The notes beneath the pieces were generated by a model. That model had not been told where the DNA came from, made no database searches, and was given only the letters and a program-made list of their open reading frames with translations. Both the position numbers and the translations under genes were made by a program. This document shows, piece by piece, positions 15,217 to 24,845 of a stretch of DNA of 36,089 bases. Numbering within the stretch: the stretch's first letter is position 1; each line of letters opens with the position of its first letter. Origin of the DNA: a virus. Taxonomy: Duplodnaviria > Caudoviricetes. The DNA is taken from positions 1-36,089 of the IMG/VR virus record IMGVR_UViG_3300026983_000007; one strand, written 5' to 3'.

Positions 15217-15243
15217 GCCCCGCCTTGTGCGGGGTTTTGTTTG
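15217..15243 (+). terminator. Intrinsic terminator
   Basis: GCCCCGC-CTTGT-GCGGGGT followed by TTTGTTT. Confidence 0.85.
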
Positions 15244-15284
15244 TCTGATGTATGCTCCGCGCCATCCGTGCAAGGGCGAGCCGC

Positions 15285-15740
15285 ATGACCATGCAAAACC
15301 TGTTTGACCTTGGGGCCTGCGCCGTTCGTGTCACCAATGAACTGGCTGGCGGCACGGTCTATTTTGATGACGTTCTCGCCAAGGGTTCGACCTCGGGGCC
15401 GCTTCACGGCTACCACTTCGGCGGCAGCGGCGAACTTATCCAGGCCACCGTTAATCTTGACGGCTCAGCTCAGCTCGATAATGTTGGCGGCGGCTACTCG
15501 GACGGCTATGTGTTGACCGTGACGCCTGCCTATAGCCTGGGATCGCCCAGCGGTGCGCAGTTCAGTGGATTTAGCATCCATTCGACGGTCACTCCTTCCG
15601 CAAACCTCTTGGGCGATACTACCCAGAGCACCAATCTAACGAATGCAGGGGGCGACAGCTGGACCCCGGACCCATGCGTTTTCGGTAGTCCACCTACTAA
15701 CCTGACGGCCTTCGCCGTCCATCAAGGGGCGGCTACCTGA
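15285..15740 (+). CDS. Putative virion accessory protein, paralog 1
   Basis: MTMQNLFDLGAC...; G/S/T-rich; start approximate. Confidence 0.65.
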   Translation: MTMQNLFDLGACAVRVTNELAGGTVYFDDVLAKGSTSGPLHGYHFGGSGELIQATVNLDGSAQLDNVGGGYSDGYVLTVTPAYSLGSPSGAQFSGFSIHSTVTPSANLLGDTTQSTNLTNAGGDSWTPDPCVFGSPPTNLTAFAVHQGAAT

Positions 15741-15774
15741 TGCCTCCCTCACGCATTGGCATAGGGGCACTCTC

Positions 15775-16218
15775 ATGACCTTTCAAAGCCTCTTTGATAC
15801 GGGCCCCTGCAACGTATACCTCTCGTGTTTTGACTCCACCCATTTATTGCTTGGCTCGATGGGGAAGGGTGATAGTCAGACTCACCACGATTATGGTACG
15901 GGGCGCGATTACACCGTGTCGGTCGATATGGCAGGCGCGGTCAGTGTTACTTGCAGCACAGGCGCATTCACGGGCAGCGAAGTGATTGGCGTGAGCATTG
16001 CGCCGACCGCGGGGCTGAGTGGCTTATCACTCCAGCTACAGAACATCAGCTTCGACGCGACCGCTCATGCGGGGTATGGCTTTTCGGATTGGGCGACAGG
16101 CGGAACGTATGTATCGGTCACAAGCTTTTCCCCCGCAGCTCCTAATCCCATGAACCTTCCGGCGGCATCGGCGGGGACTTTAGCGAATGGCATGGGCATG
16201 CGAGCATCGGCCTTGTGA
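15775..16218 (+). CDS. Putative virion accessory protein, paralog 2
   Basis: MTFQSLFDTGPC... resembles the preceding gene. Confidence 0.7.
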   Translation: MTFQSLFDTGPCNVYLSCFDSTHLLLGSMGKGDSQTHHDYGTGRDYTVSVDMAGAVSVTCSTGAFTGSEVIGVSIAPTAGLSGLSLQLQNISFDATAHAGYGFSDWATGGTYVSVTSFSPAAPNPMNLPAASAGTLANGMGMRASAL

Positions 16219-16261
16219 ATAGTCATCACAGTACTCATGGGACGAAGGGAAGGGATGAGGC

Positions 16262-16966
16262 ATGCCTACATTACTGATGAAATTCACGCCGATGGTGGAG
16301 GTTCTTGCGGCGCCCATCGCGCCCGACGAGGCCATTTCGCAACCCTTCCACGTGCCACCGACCGGGGCGACGGTGACGCCTGTAATCACGCAAGGCGGAT
16401 CGCCGGTAACGGCCGACTCCCTGACGGTGGTGGATCAGCCCGTCAATGGGACGGCCGTGGTGTCTGGCTTGAGCCTGGTCTATACGCCCAATGAAGGGTT
16501 TGCCGGACCGGATGCTTTCCATTACTTCGCGACGGTGGGTGGGGTTGATTCCAATACGGCGACTGTAAACACCATGGTGACGCTGGCCGCGCTCGGCACG
16601 CCCATCCAGAAGCAAAACCGCCTCATCGCCTATGTGCATGACGACACCACTTTGGATTGCTATTGCCGCACCGACCAGGGCGCCATGGACCTTTCCGGCT
16701 ATGACTTGACGGCTCATGTGCGGCCTTACAACCGGCCGCAGCCGTTCGGACAGGACTATGGGGTGGGTTGGCCTGGTATTTATGTCCCGTACCACACTGA
16801 ATTTCCTGCGATCCAGATCGCCGTGGGGCATGTGCAGTTCACCATTGATCATGGCACCCTCCGGCAGCGCATGGGCCAGGGCTTATGGCGGCTGCACGTC
16901 ACCGCGACCAACCCGGCGACGCAGGCGCGGACCCGCGTCTACACGGCGCTTCTTGCCCTTCAGTGA
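16262..16966 (+). CDS. Ig-like (Big_9/cadherin-like) domain protein
   Basis: QPVNGTAVV...VYTPNEGFAGPDAFHY...SNTATV; C-terminal DLSGY...VR...GHVQFTI domain. Confidence 0.75.
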   Translation: MPTLLMKFTPMVEVLAAPIAPDEAISQPFHVPPTGATVTPVITQGGSPVTADSLTVVDQPVNGTAVVSGLSLVYTPNEGFAGPDAFHYFATVGGVDSNTATVNTMVTLAALGTPIQKQNRLIAYVHDDTTLDCYCRTDQGAMDLSGYDLTAHVRPYNRPQPFGQDYGVGWPGIYVPYHTEFPAIQIAVGHVQFTIDHGTLRQRMGQGLWRLHVTATNPATQARTRVYTALLALQ

Positions 16967-16971
16967 GTCCC

Positions 16972-17454
16972 ATGGCAGGCAACAAGAAACTCAACAAGCC
17001 AGGCAACCGCTTCCTCCTTGAAACCGCCAAGGAGAAGGGATGGGACTTGCCCCACGACAACACGGGCGAGTTCAAGGTGATGCCCGATGACTTTCTTGAG
17101 CTGGGGTTGGAATACTGCAAGGAATGCGAGGAAACCAAGCGGCCACCGACGATTGCTGGCCTGTGCCTGAAGCTGCGGATCACCCACGCCACCTATCACA
17201 ACTACGCCAAACGGCCCGAATTCGCCTATGAGATGGAACAGGTGCGATTGCGCGTGGTGGAGGTGTGGGAAAGCCGCTTGTTTGGCACGGGCAGCAACGG
17301 CGCGCAGTTCTGGCTACGCAACAACGCCGGCTATCAAGATCGCCGCATGACCGAGCTTTCAGGACCCGATGGCAAGGCCTTGGAGACCGTCACGACCGTG
17401 CAGATTGTCGGCGTGGCGCCCCCGGGCACGGACTTCGACCCCGAGGCCCTGTGA
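16972..17454 (+). CDS. Terminase small subunit
   Basis: PPTIAGLCLKL, YHNY, FWLRN...ELSGPDG; upstream of TerL. Confidence 0.8.
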   Translation: MAGNKKLNKPGNRFLLETAKEKGWDLPHDNTGEFKVMPDDFLELGLEYCKECEETKRPPTIAGLCLKLRITHATYHNYAKRPEFAYEMEQVRLRVVEVWESRLFGTGSNGAQFWLRNNAGYQDRRMTELSGPDGKALETVTTVQIVGVAPPGTDFDPEAL

Positions 17455-18830
17455 GTGCCCTCCTGACACCCGTATCGCCCGCCATTGACGCGGGCGTTTT
17501 GCGGTTGGAGATACCCGAGAAGATGCTGCCGTTTGCCTTCACCCGGCGACGGCACAAGATCGCCCGGGGTGGCCGAGGAAGCGCCAAGTCGTGGTCGATC
17601 GCACGCATCCTGGTCGTGAAGGGCTACAAGCGACCCATTCGCTGGCTGTGCTGCCGTGAGTCGCAATCGTCCATCAAGCAGTCCTCGCATCGCCTCTTAG
17701 CCGATCAGATCGGTCTTTTGGGGCTCGGGTCGTTCTATCGGATCACCACGGACGGCATCTATGGACTGAATGGCACGGAATTCACCTTCATTGGCCTGAA
17801 GGAGCATACGGCCGACAACGTGAAGTCCTATGAAGGCTATGACGGCGCATGGATCGCCGAGGCCCAGGCCATCAGTGAGCTGTCGGCCGAAAAGCTAGTG
17901 CCGACGATCCGCAAGGACGCCACCGAGTTCTCTCCGGCCGCCGAATTGTGGTGGGACTACAACCCCGAGAACGACGACGACTGGATTCATATTCAGGCCG
18001 AGCAGGCGCTCAAGGATCAATCCGCAGGCATCCATTCGGACACGCTGGTCGTCACCATCAATTGGATGGACAACAAGTGGTTCCCCCAGGCGCTGCACGC
18101 CGAACGCCTGAAGATGAAGCGCATCAACGAGGACTTGTACCGGCACGTTTACGGCGGGGAATGCCGTAGCAGCGCCGGCGTGCTGTTCAAGCGGCCGTGG
18201 TTCAAGTTCTATGACCCCAAGCTGATGCCCAAGGCCATGAACTACTACCTCGCCAGCGACTACGCGGGGGCACCCGATCCGGCCAAGCCGCATGCCGATC
18301 CGGACTTCACCGAGCATGGCATCTTCGGCGTGACGCCCGATGGCGATGTGTATGTGGTCGATTGGTGGTTCGGGCAGGAGGACGCCTCCGTCTGGATTGA
18401 CGCCTGGATTGCCCTGATCCAGAAGCACGAGCCGCTGGCAGCGTTTGAGGAAAAGGGCGTCATCCTACGATCGGTGGGCGGCATCATCCTTCGGCGCATG
18501 GAAGAGACCGACACCTATATCCGGCGCATTGAAATGGCCCCGGCTGGCGGCAAGGCGGAGCGCGCGTTAGGCTTCGCCGCGTTGGCGAGCTTGGGAAAGG
18601 TGTATCTCCCGCAAGGCACGGCGTGGGCGGCGCGTCTGCTCAACCAGTTGTGCGCCTTCACGGGAGCGGATGGCAAGCAAGACGACGGCGTGGACGTGTG
18701 CTCGATCTTCGCCCGGGGCATTGCCGATACAGACGTCGCGACGTTGAACGATGCGGTGATGAAAGAGCGCGAGATGGACGACTATACGTCCGACGATGAC
18801 GAGGATGACGACTCATGGCGAGCAGCGTAG
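17451..18830 (+). CDS. Terminase large subunit
   Basis: Walker A GGRGSAKS, CCRE, YNP, nuclease ASDYA...DDGVD; GTG overlap with TerS stop. Confidence 0.92.
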   Translation: MSALLTPVSPAIDAGVLRLEIPEKMLPFAFTRRRHKIARGGRGSAKSWSIARILVVKGYKRPIRWLCCRESQSSIKQSSHRLLADQIGLLGLGSFYRITTDGIYGLNGTEFTFIGLKEHTADNVKSYEGYDGAWIAEAQAISELSAEKLVPTIRKDATEFSPAAELWWDYNPENDDDWIHIQAEQALKDQSAGIHSDTLVVTINWMDNKWFPQALHAERLKMKRINEDLYRHVYGGECRSSAGVLFKRPWFKFYDPKLMPKAMNYYLASDYAGAPDPAKPHADPDFTEHGIFGVTPDGDVYVVDWWFGQEDASVWIDAWIALIQKHEPLAAFEEKGVILRSVGGIILRRMEETDTYIRRIEMAPAGGKAERALGFAALASLGKVYLPQGTAWAARLLNQLCAFTGADGKQDDGVDVCSIFARGIADTDVATLNDAVMKEREMDDYTSDDDEDDDSWRAA

Positions 18831-20959
18831 ACAGCTACCTTTCGGCCGACGACGGGGACGAGAAGGGCAAAGACATCGACGGCGAGGAAACCGAGTTCGA
18901 TATCAACTCATTCCTGCGTGATTTTCGGGACAGTTACGATGACACCCAGGTCGAGCGCGAGCTGGCGATGCGCTGCCGGGATTATTACGACGGATGGCAG
19001 CTTACCGAGTCGGAAATTGCCACCATGACGGCGCGCAAACAGCCGCCGGTAGTGTTTAACCGTATCGGTCCGAAGATCGATACGCTGATCGGCTGGGAGA
19101 AGAAGCTCAGGACCGACCCCAAGGCCTTTCCTCGCGTGCCCTCCAAGGAAGATGACGCCAACAGCTGCACCGACGCCCTGCGTTTTGTGACGCAATCGAG
19201 CCGGTTCGACAGCAAGCGGTCGGATGTTTTTGAGGACTTGGCCGTCGAAGGCGTGGGCGCCTACAAAGTCATCGTGAAAGACTACGGCAAGCGCAAAAAC
19301 GAGATTTGCCCGGAGCGCGTGCCGTGGGATCGCTTCTATCGTGACCCCCATAGCCGGGACAAGTACTTCTGCGATGCCGCCTTCCTGGGCGAAGTCCAAT
19401 GGATGTACGAATCGGATATCTATGACGAGTTCGCCGACGACAAGAGCGAGGAAGACCTCGAAGCCATCGTGAACGCGTCCTACAACGAGGAATGGAACAC
19501 CGGCACGTATGGTGATCGTCCGCGTTTCAGCTGGGCCGACTCCAAGCGCCGTCGCATCATGGTCATGCATCACCGGTTCCGCAACGACGGGGAGTGGTGG
19601 GAAGCCGTGTTCTGCCGTGGTGGTTTCCTGGTCGATCCGCAGGTATCCAAGTACCTAGACGATGAAGGCAACCCCGATTGCGACCTGTGCGCGGCCTCAA
19701 CCTATTGCGATGCCAACAACCGCCGTTACGGTGCGGTCAAGCGCTTGCTCGATCCTCAGGACGAGATCAACAAGCGCCGATCCAAGGCCCTGCATGCGGC
19801 CAATTCGCAGCGCATCGTGGCCGAGCAAGGCGCGGTGAAATCGATCCAGCAGGCCAGGCAGGAAGCGGCACGCCCGGATGGCTTTATCATCACGCGGCCG
19901 GGCAAGAAGTTCGAATTCGCCAACGATCCCCAGCTGCACGCCTCGCAGATGCAGATGTTGATGGAGGCGAAGGCCGAGATTGACGCGCTTGGCGTGAATC
20001 CGTCACTGGGTGGTGACGCGCAGGCACCGAGCGGTCGTGCGCAGGAGCTGTTGCAGTCGGCTGGCCTCACCGAGTACTCCAAGCTGTTCGAGGCCAACAA
20101 CGAATTGGCCCTGATGGTGTACCAGAAGATTTGGTACCGCGTGCGTCAGTACTGGACCGCTGAGAAGTGGATTCGCGTCACCGACGACGAACGGAATCTG
20201 CGCTGGGTCCATCTGAATCACCCAGTCACGCTGGGGGAGGCGCTTCAGCAGGTGGCTCAGGCGCGCGGGGAGCCAGTTCAGAAGACCGTGGCTGATTACA
20301 TGCTCAACACCGGGCAGGTCATCACGGGACCAAACGATCCCAAGCTTCAGGAGGTCGTGCGCACGCAGAACAACATTGGCGACCTCTCCGTGGACATCAT
20401 CATGGACGACGCGCCGGAAGCGGTGACGGTCCAGTCCGAGCAGTTTCAAGCCCTGGTGGACCTCAAGCGCGCTGATCCGTCCTCGATCCCCACGACGGCG
20501 ATCATCAAGGCGTCCAGCCTGCGCAATAAGGACGAAATCCTGCGTGAGTTGCAGAATCAGGTGCCACCGCAGGTGCAGCAGCAGATGCAGGCCCAAGGGC
20601 AGCAGATTCAGCAGATCCAGGCCGTCAACCAGAAGCTTTATGCCAACGCGCAGAAGCTTCAGATGCAGCTACAGGCGGCCAAGTCCGACAACCAGAACGA
20701 CCAGACGCAGACCCAGCTTGACGCCTGGGCCAAGCAGATGGAGGTGATGATTGACGAGTACAACGCCGAGACGGCCCGCATGAAGGTATTGAGCCCGACC
20801 CCGCTAGAAGCGGTGCCACCGGGCTGGATTGCCGATCAGCAGGTGCCGGGCAATTACGCGGCCGGTCCAGCCCACTCGCCAGCGGGCGGCGGTGGGGCTA
20901 CTATCCGCCCCGGTTCAGGGAACAGCGCCAGTGCGTTAGGGATTGGCGTGTCGCCTTAA
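18815..20959 (+). CDS. P22-like portal protein
   Basis: DYYDGWQ, FNRIGPKID, DPQDEINKRRSK; Gln-rich C-terminal barrel-like coiled coil. Confidence 0.9.
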   Translation: MASSVDSYLSADDGDEKGKDIDGEETEFDINSFLRDFRDSYDDTQVERELAMRCRDYYDGWQLTESEIATMTARKQPPVVFNRIGPKIDTLIGWEKKLRTDPKAFPRVPSKEDDANSCTDALRFVTQSSRFDSKRSDVFEDLAVEGVGAYKVIVKDYGKRKNEICPERVPWDRFYRDPHSRDKYFCDAAFLGEVQWMYESDIYDEFADDKSEEDLEAIVNASYNEEWNTGTYGDRPRFSWADSKRRRIMVMHHRFRNDGEWWEAVFCRGGFLVDPQVSKYLDDEGNPDCDLCAASTYCDANNRRYGAVKRLLDPQDEINKRRSKALHAANSQRIVAEQGAVKSIQQARQEAARPDGFIITRPGKKFEFANDPQLHASQMQMLMEAKAEIDALGVNPSLGGDAQAPSGRAQELLQSAGLTEYSKLFEANNELALMVYQKIWYRVRQYWTAEKWIRVTDDERNLRWVHLNHPVTLGEALQQVAQARGEPVQKTVADYMLNTGQVITGPNDPKLQEVVRTQNNIGDLSVDIIMDDAPEAVTVQSEQFQALVDLKRADPSSIPTTAIIKASSLRNKDEILRELQNQVPPQVQQQMQAQGQQIQQIQAVNQKLYANAQKLQMQLQAAKSDNQNDQTQTQLDAWAKQMEVMIDEYNAETARMKVLSPTPLEAVPPGWIADQQVPGNYAAGPAHSPAGGGGATIRPGSGNSASALGIGVSP

Positions 20960-20966
20960 GCCGGAA

Positions 20967-21037
20967 AACGGGACGACGCCGAACGGTCGAACGGGACGAC
21001 ACCGTATGGTCGAAACGCGATGACGGCGTGATGGTCA
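20967..21037 (+). repeat. Three tandem 23-24 nt hairpin repeats in the scaffold leader
   Basis: AACGGGACGACGCCGAACGGTCG / AACGGGACGACACCGTATGGTCG / AACGCGATGACGGCGTGATGGTCA. Confidence 0.8.
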
Positions 21038-21049
21038 AGGGGAATACGC

Positions 21050-21913
21050 ATGGGTAACGAAGGTGACTTTCTGAGCGATTGGGCTGGTTCCGGTGCAGGT
21101 GCGGAAACGGGTGCGGACCTTGACGCTGGCGATACGGGCGGTGAGGAAGGCCTCGATTCTGGACCGGTAAGCACGGAAAGCAGCGATCAGGTCGATAACG
21201 GCAACAGCGGCGACGCTGACGCCCCGTCCGAGACGACAGCGGACGACAATCACGACGAAGGCAACCCCGTCCCCTATGCGGCAATGAAATCCGAACGGGC
21301 GAAGCGTCAAGCCGAGCGCGAACGGGCCGACAAAGCCGAGCAACGCCAACGAGAACTGGAAAGCCAGATCGAAGCGCTGCGCAATCCCAATCCGCGTCAG
21401 GCACAACCTGCCGACACAGCGGAAACGGTGCGCGCTGAAGCCCCCGATTTCTGGGCCGACCCGATGAAGTACGTGGAGCACGTCACGAACCAGCGTATCG
21501 CCCAGGCGGTGGAGCAGGTTCAGACGCAGAATCACTTCCGCCAGATCGAAGACCGGCAGCGTGCGCAGCACGCGGACTTCGACGAGGTGTCACAGCTGGC
21601 GCAGCAGGCGGCCAGCCGTGATCCGAAGTTAGCTCAACGCATCCTCACGGCCGCCGACCCGGGAGCCGAGCTGTATTCGGTGGGCAAGCAGATCAAGGAT
21701 TTTCAGGACATCACCAGCAACCCCGAGGCCTTCCGCCAGAAGATGCGTGAAGAAATCCTCGCTGAGCTGGGCCAGGGCGGTGAAGGCAACGAACAGCCCG
21801 AACAACCTCAGCAAACGCAACGCCGGACGGTTGACCTATCGACACGCCGGAACGCGAAGGCGGATTCCTCCGCTGCGCCTCCGGACCCTTTTAAGGCTCT
21901 CTTTCCGGAGTAA
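21050..21913 (+). CDS. Capsid scaffolding protein
   Basis: Acidic N-terminus, VPYAAMKSERAKRQ coiled coil; between portal and capsid. Confidence 0.85.
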   Translation: MGNEGDFLSDWAGSGAGAETGADLDAGDTGGEEGLDSGPVSTESSDQVDNGNSGDADAPSETTADDNHDEGNPVPYAAMKSERAKRQAERERADKAEQRQRELESQIEALRNPNPRQAQPADTAETVRAEAPDFWADPMKYVEHVTNQRIAQAVEQVQTQNHFRQIEDRQRAQHADFDEVSQLAQQAASRDPKLAQRILTAADPGAELYSVGKQIKDFQDITSNPEAFRQKMREEILAELGQGGEGNEQPEQPQQTQRRTVDLSTRRNAKADSSAAPPDPFKALFPE

Positions 21914-21919
21914 AGAACC

Positions 21920-22999
21920 ATGACCCAGACTGTTGCCTCAACTGCCGTACGCGCCAAACAATGGGACGACGGCGTTTTCATGGAATACGTGCGCGAGTCC
22001 CGCTTCAAGCGCTACATGGGCTCGACCGAAAATGCCATCATCCAGGTCCAGCGGGACTTGACCAAGAAGAAGGGTGACGGCATTACCTTCAACCTGGTGG
22101 GTGCGCTCGACGCCACAACCTACAACGACGGCAGCACCCAGCTGGTCGGCAATGAAATTGCCATGCCGAACGATGGTCACAAGATCACCGTGGGCGTGGT
22201 CCGTCAGGCCGTCACCGTCAACAATATGGACGAGCAGGCCGCCTCGTTTGACATCAAGAACGCGGCGCGTACCTCGATCAAGACCTTGGCCGCTCGCTTG
22301 CTCAAGACCGCGACCATCACGGCCTTGGGATCCGTCAACGGCGTTCCGTTCGCCACCGCCAGTGCCGCACAGAAGAACGTGTGGACGGCATCCAATGTGG
22401 ACCGCGTCATCTTCGGCACCATCGCCAACTACAACGCCACCTTCCAGACGGCCTTGAACGCCATCCTGGCAACCCAGAAGCTGACCTACGAGCTGGTGGG
22501 CGTGATCAAGCGCATTGCCCAGGGCGCCAAGACGGTGAACGGTGATGGCATCCGGCCGTTCCGCTACGGCGAAGACGAGGAAACCTTCGTCATGTTCGTG
22601 GGCAAGAACGCCTTCCGCGACCTTCGCACCGACATGGAAGAGAAGTGGGAGAACGCCCAGCCGCGCGCCGATACAAACCCGCTGTTCTCCGGCCCGACGT
22701 CGATCCTGGCCGATGGCGTGGTGGTGCGTGAAATCCCCGAAATCCTGCCGTTCTTGAACACCGCCGGCACGCCGGTGCAGGTCGAGCCGCTGTACCTGTG
22801 CGGCGCTCAGGCCTTGGGTATCGCCTGGGCCAAGACGCTGCGCACCACGATCCGTAAGGAAGACGATTACGGCTATCAGAACGGTGTGGGCTTTGAGGAA
22901 ATCCGCGCGGTGGACAAGATTCAGTGGAACCAGGGTCAGTCCACGGCGAAGGATTGGGGCATGGTGACGGGCTACGTGGCAGCCGCCAGCGACGCCTGA
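21920..22999 (+). CDS. Major capsid protein (DUF4043 / N4-gp56-like)
   Basis: DLTKKKGDGITF, LCGAQALGIAW, DYG; 359 aa; gene order. Confidence 0.9.
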   Translation: MTQTVASTAVRAKQWDDGVFMEYVRESRFKRYMGSTENAIIQVQRDLTKKKGDGITFNLVGALDATTYNDGSTQLVGNEIAMPNDGHKITVGVVRQAVTVNNMDEQAASFDIKNAARTSIKTLAARLLKTATITALGSVNGVPFATASAAQKNVWTASNVDRVIFGTIANYNATFQTALNAILATQKLTYELVGVIKRIAQGAKTVNGDGIRPFRYGEDEETFVMFVGKNAFRDLRTDMEEKWENAQPRADTNPLFSGPTSILADGVVVREIPEILPFLNTAGTPVQVEPLYLCGAQALGIAWAKTLRTTIRKEDDYGYQNGVGFEEIRAVDKIQWNQGQSTAKDWGMVTGYVAAASDA

Positions 23000-23030
23000 T
23001 AGGAAGTGATACTCGCGGGATATTCCGCAC

Positions 23031-23060
23031 AGGGAGGGGGTGACATGCCCCTCCCTTTTC
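23031..23060 (+). terminator. Intrinsic terminator after capsid gene
   Basis: AGGGAGGGG...CCCCTCCCT then TTTC. Confidence 0.75.
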
Positions 23061-23076
23061 CCTATCAGGAGACCCC

Positions 23077-23433
23077 ATGGCGACTTACACGCGAGACGAT
23101 TTGCGCGATGCGGTGCTCGGCGAATTGGGCGTTCTGGACCCCAACGAACCGCCGTCGCCCGAAGACGCCAAGCTAGCGGCAGACCGCTGCCAACAGCAGC
23201 TTGAATATGCCTATGACCAAGGCCTTATCTGGTGGGACTTGGATGCGGATACGATCCCGGCGCGCGCCTTCATCCCGCTGACATGGTGGATTGCCTACCG
23301 CCTCGTGGTCCCTTACGGCGCGCTGACCCGTGCCGCCATCCTCAAGGACAACGCGGACCAAGGCGAGGATCAGCTCGTCATCCTGGGCGAACAGGCCTAT
23401 GAGGGCATCCAACAGACCACGGATTACTACTGA
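23077..23433 (+). CDS. Head-tail adaptor (P22 gp4-like)
   Basis: VLGELGVLDPNEPPSPED; AGGAG RBS; position. Confidence 0.75.
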   Translation: MATYTRDDLRDAVLGELGVLDPNEPPSPEDAKLAADRCQQQLEYAYDQGLIWWDLDADTIPARAFIPLTWWIAYRLVVPYGALTRAAILKDNADQGEDQLVILGEQAYEGIQQTTDYY

Positions 23434-24845
23434 TGGGCTGGCGCGACGTTCCCCAGGTCGTGGACGGCGGCTACGCCGATGACTCGCGTCTCTATAGCGC
23501 GCAGGAAACGATCAATTACATTCCTGAGTATGCCGAACAGGAAGGTACGCGCTCCAAGGGCAAGCTACGCAGCGCGCCGGGATGGGCGGGTGCCTTTGCG
23601 GATACTGGGACCGGTCTACCGATCCGGGGTGCCCATAACGCTGAGGGCGTCTTCCTAGTGGTTTCGGGCACGCGGCTCAAGCAGATCAACACCAATGGCA
23701 CCGTCACGGATCGCGGCCAGATTCCCGGCATCGGCCGGGTGTCGATGGACCACAACCAGATCACCGGTGGTTCGCAGGTCGCCATTTCTAATGGATCGAG
23801 CGGCTACGTCTACAACACGGCCGATCAGACCTTGGTGCAGATCACCGATGATGCGTTCATTGGCGCCAAGGTCTTTGGCTACGTGGATAGCTACATTGTG
23901 GGCGTCGAGCCGCAGGGGCGGTTTGCCTTTACCTCCGACCTCGCCGATGCCCTGAGTTACAGCACGCTGGACCGCTACGAGGCCGAAGGGTCGCCCGACA
24001 AGATCGTGGGTCAGATCGTCACCCATCGCGAATGGTGGCTGATGGGCGAGCGGACCATTGAGCCCTTCCGCGACACGGGCGCGACCACGAACACCTGGGC
24101 GCGGACCGATGGCCTGGTAATGGAGCGCGGACTTGCGGCCACGTTTGCCGTCTGCAGCATGGATAACTCCGTGTTCTGGCTGGCCGATGACGGCGGGGTG
24201 TACCGCGCGCAGGGCTACACCCCGCAGCGCATCTCCACGATGCCGGTCGAGCAAGACATTGCACAGCGCAACATGGCGCTGGCGTTCGCCTTCACGTTTG
24301 AGAGTGAGGGCCACAAGATTTTCTACCTGACCTTCCCCGATGGCCTCACCTGGGGCTATGACGTGGCCACCCAGAAATGGCACCGGCGCCAGTCCAAGGG
24401 GCTGAATCGCTGGCGCATCAACACGCTCACCAACTGGAACGGCGGCTGGTATGCGGGTGACTTCCGCAATGGGCAAATCTACAAGCTGGACTGGAACGTC
24501 TTCACGGAAGGCGCGGACGAGATTTCGTCCGAGCGCATGACAGGGGTGCTGTCCGGGCAGCAGAACTTCATCGGGATTCAGGGCGTGCAGCCGGTCTTCG
24601 ATACCGGGCTCGGCGGCGTGGATGGAAACCCGCGTTACGTGGATATCCGCTATTCGAAGGATGGCGGGCGCAACTGGTCGAACTGGCGCACCGTCTCCCT
24701 GGGCACCAAGGGCAGCTTCGCCAAGCCAACTAAACCCCGCCGCTGGGGCATCAGCCGCCAATGGGTGTTTCACTTCCGCATCACGGACAACTGCAAGCGC
24801 GATATGCTCACCGCAGCCATCGATATTGAGGGGTACGAAGGGTGA
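23433..24845 (+). CDS. DNA stabilisation / tail hub protein (P22 gp10-like)
   Basis: 470 aa; AEGSPD, EGHKIFYLTFP...TWGYDVATQKWH, YSKDGGRNWS. Confidence 0.88.
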   Translation: MGWRDVPQVVDGGYADDSRLYSAQETINYIPEYAEQEGTRSKGKLRSAPGWAGAFADTGTGLPIRGAHNAEGVFLVVSGTRLKQINTNGTVTDRGQIPGIGRVSMDHNQITGGSQVAISNGSSGYVYNTADQTLVQITDDAFIGAKVFGYVDSYIVGVEPQGRFAFTSDLADALSYSTLDRYEAEGSPDKIVGQIVTHREWWLMGERTIEPFRDTGATTNTWARTDGLVMERGLAATFAVCSMDNSVFWLADDGGVYRAQGYTPQRISTMPVEQDIAQRNMALAFAFTFESEGHKIFYLTFPDGLTWGYDVATQKWHRRQSKGLNRWRINTLTNWNGGWYAGDFRNGQIYKLDWNVFTEGADEISSERMTGVLSGQQNFIGIQGVQPVFDTGLGGVDGNPRYVDIRYSKDGGRNWSNWRTVSLGTKGSFAKPTKPRRWGISRQWVFHFRITDNCKRDMLTAAIDIEGYEG

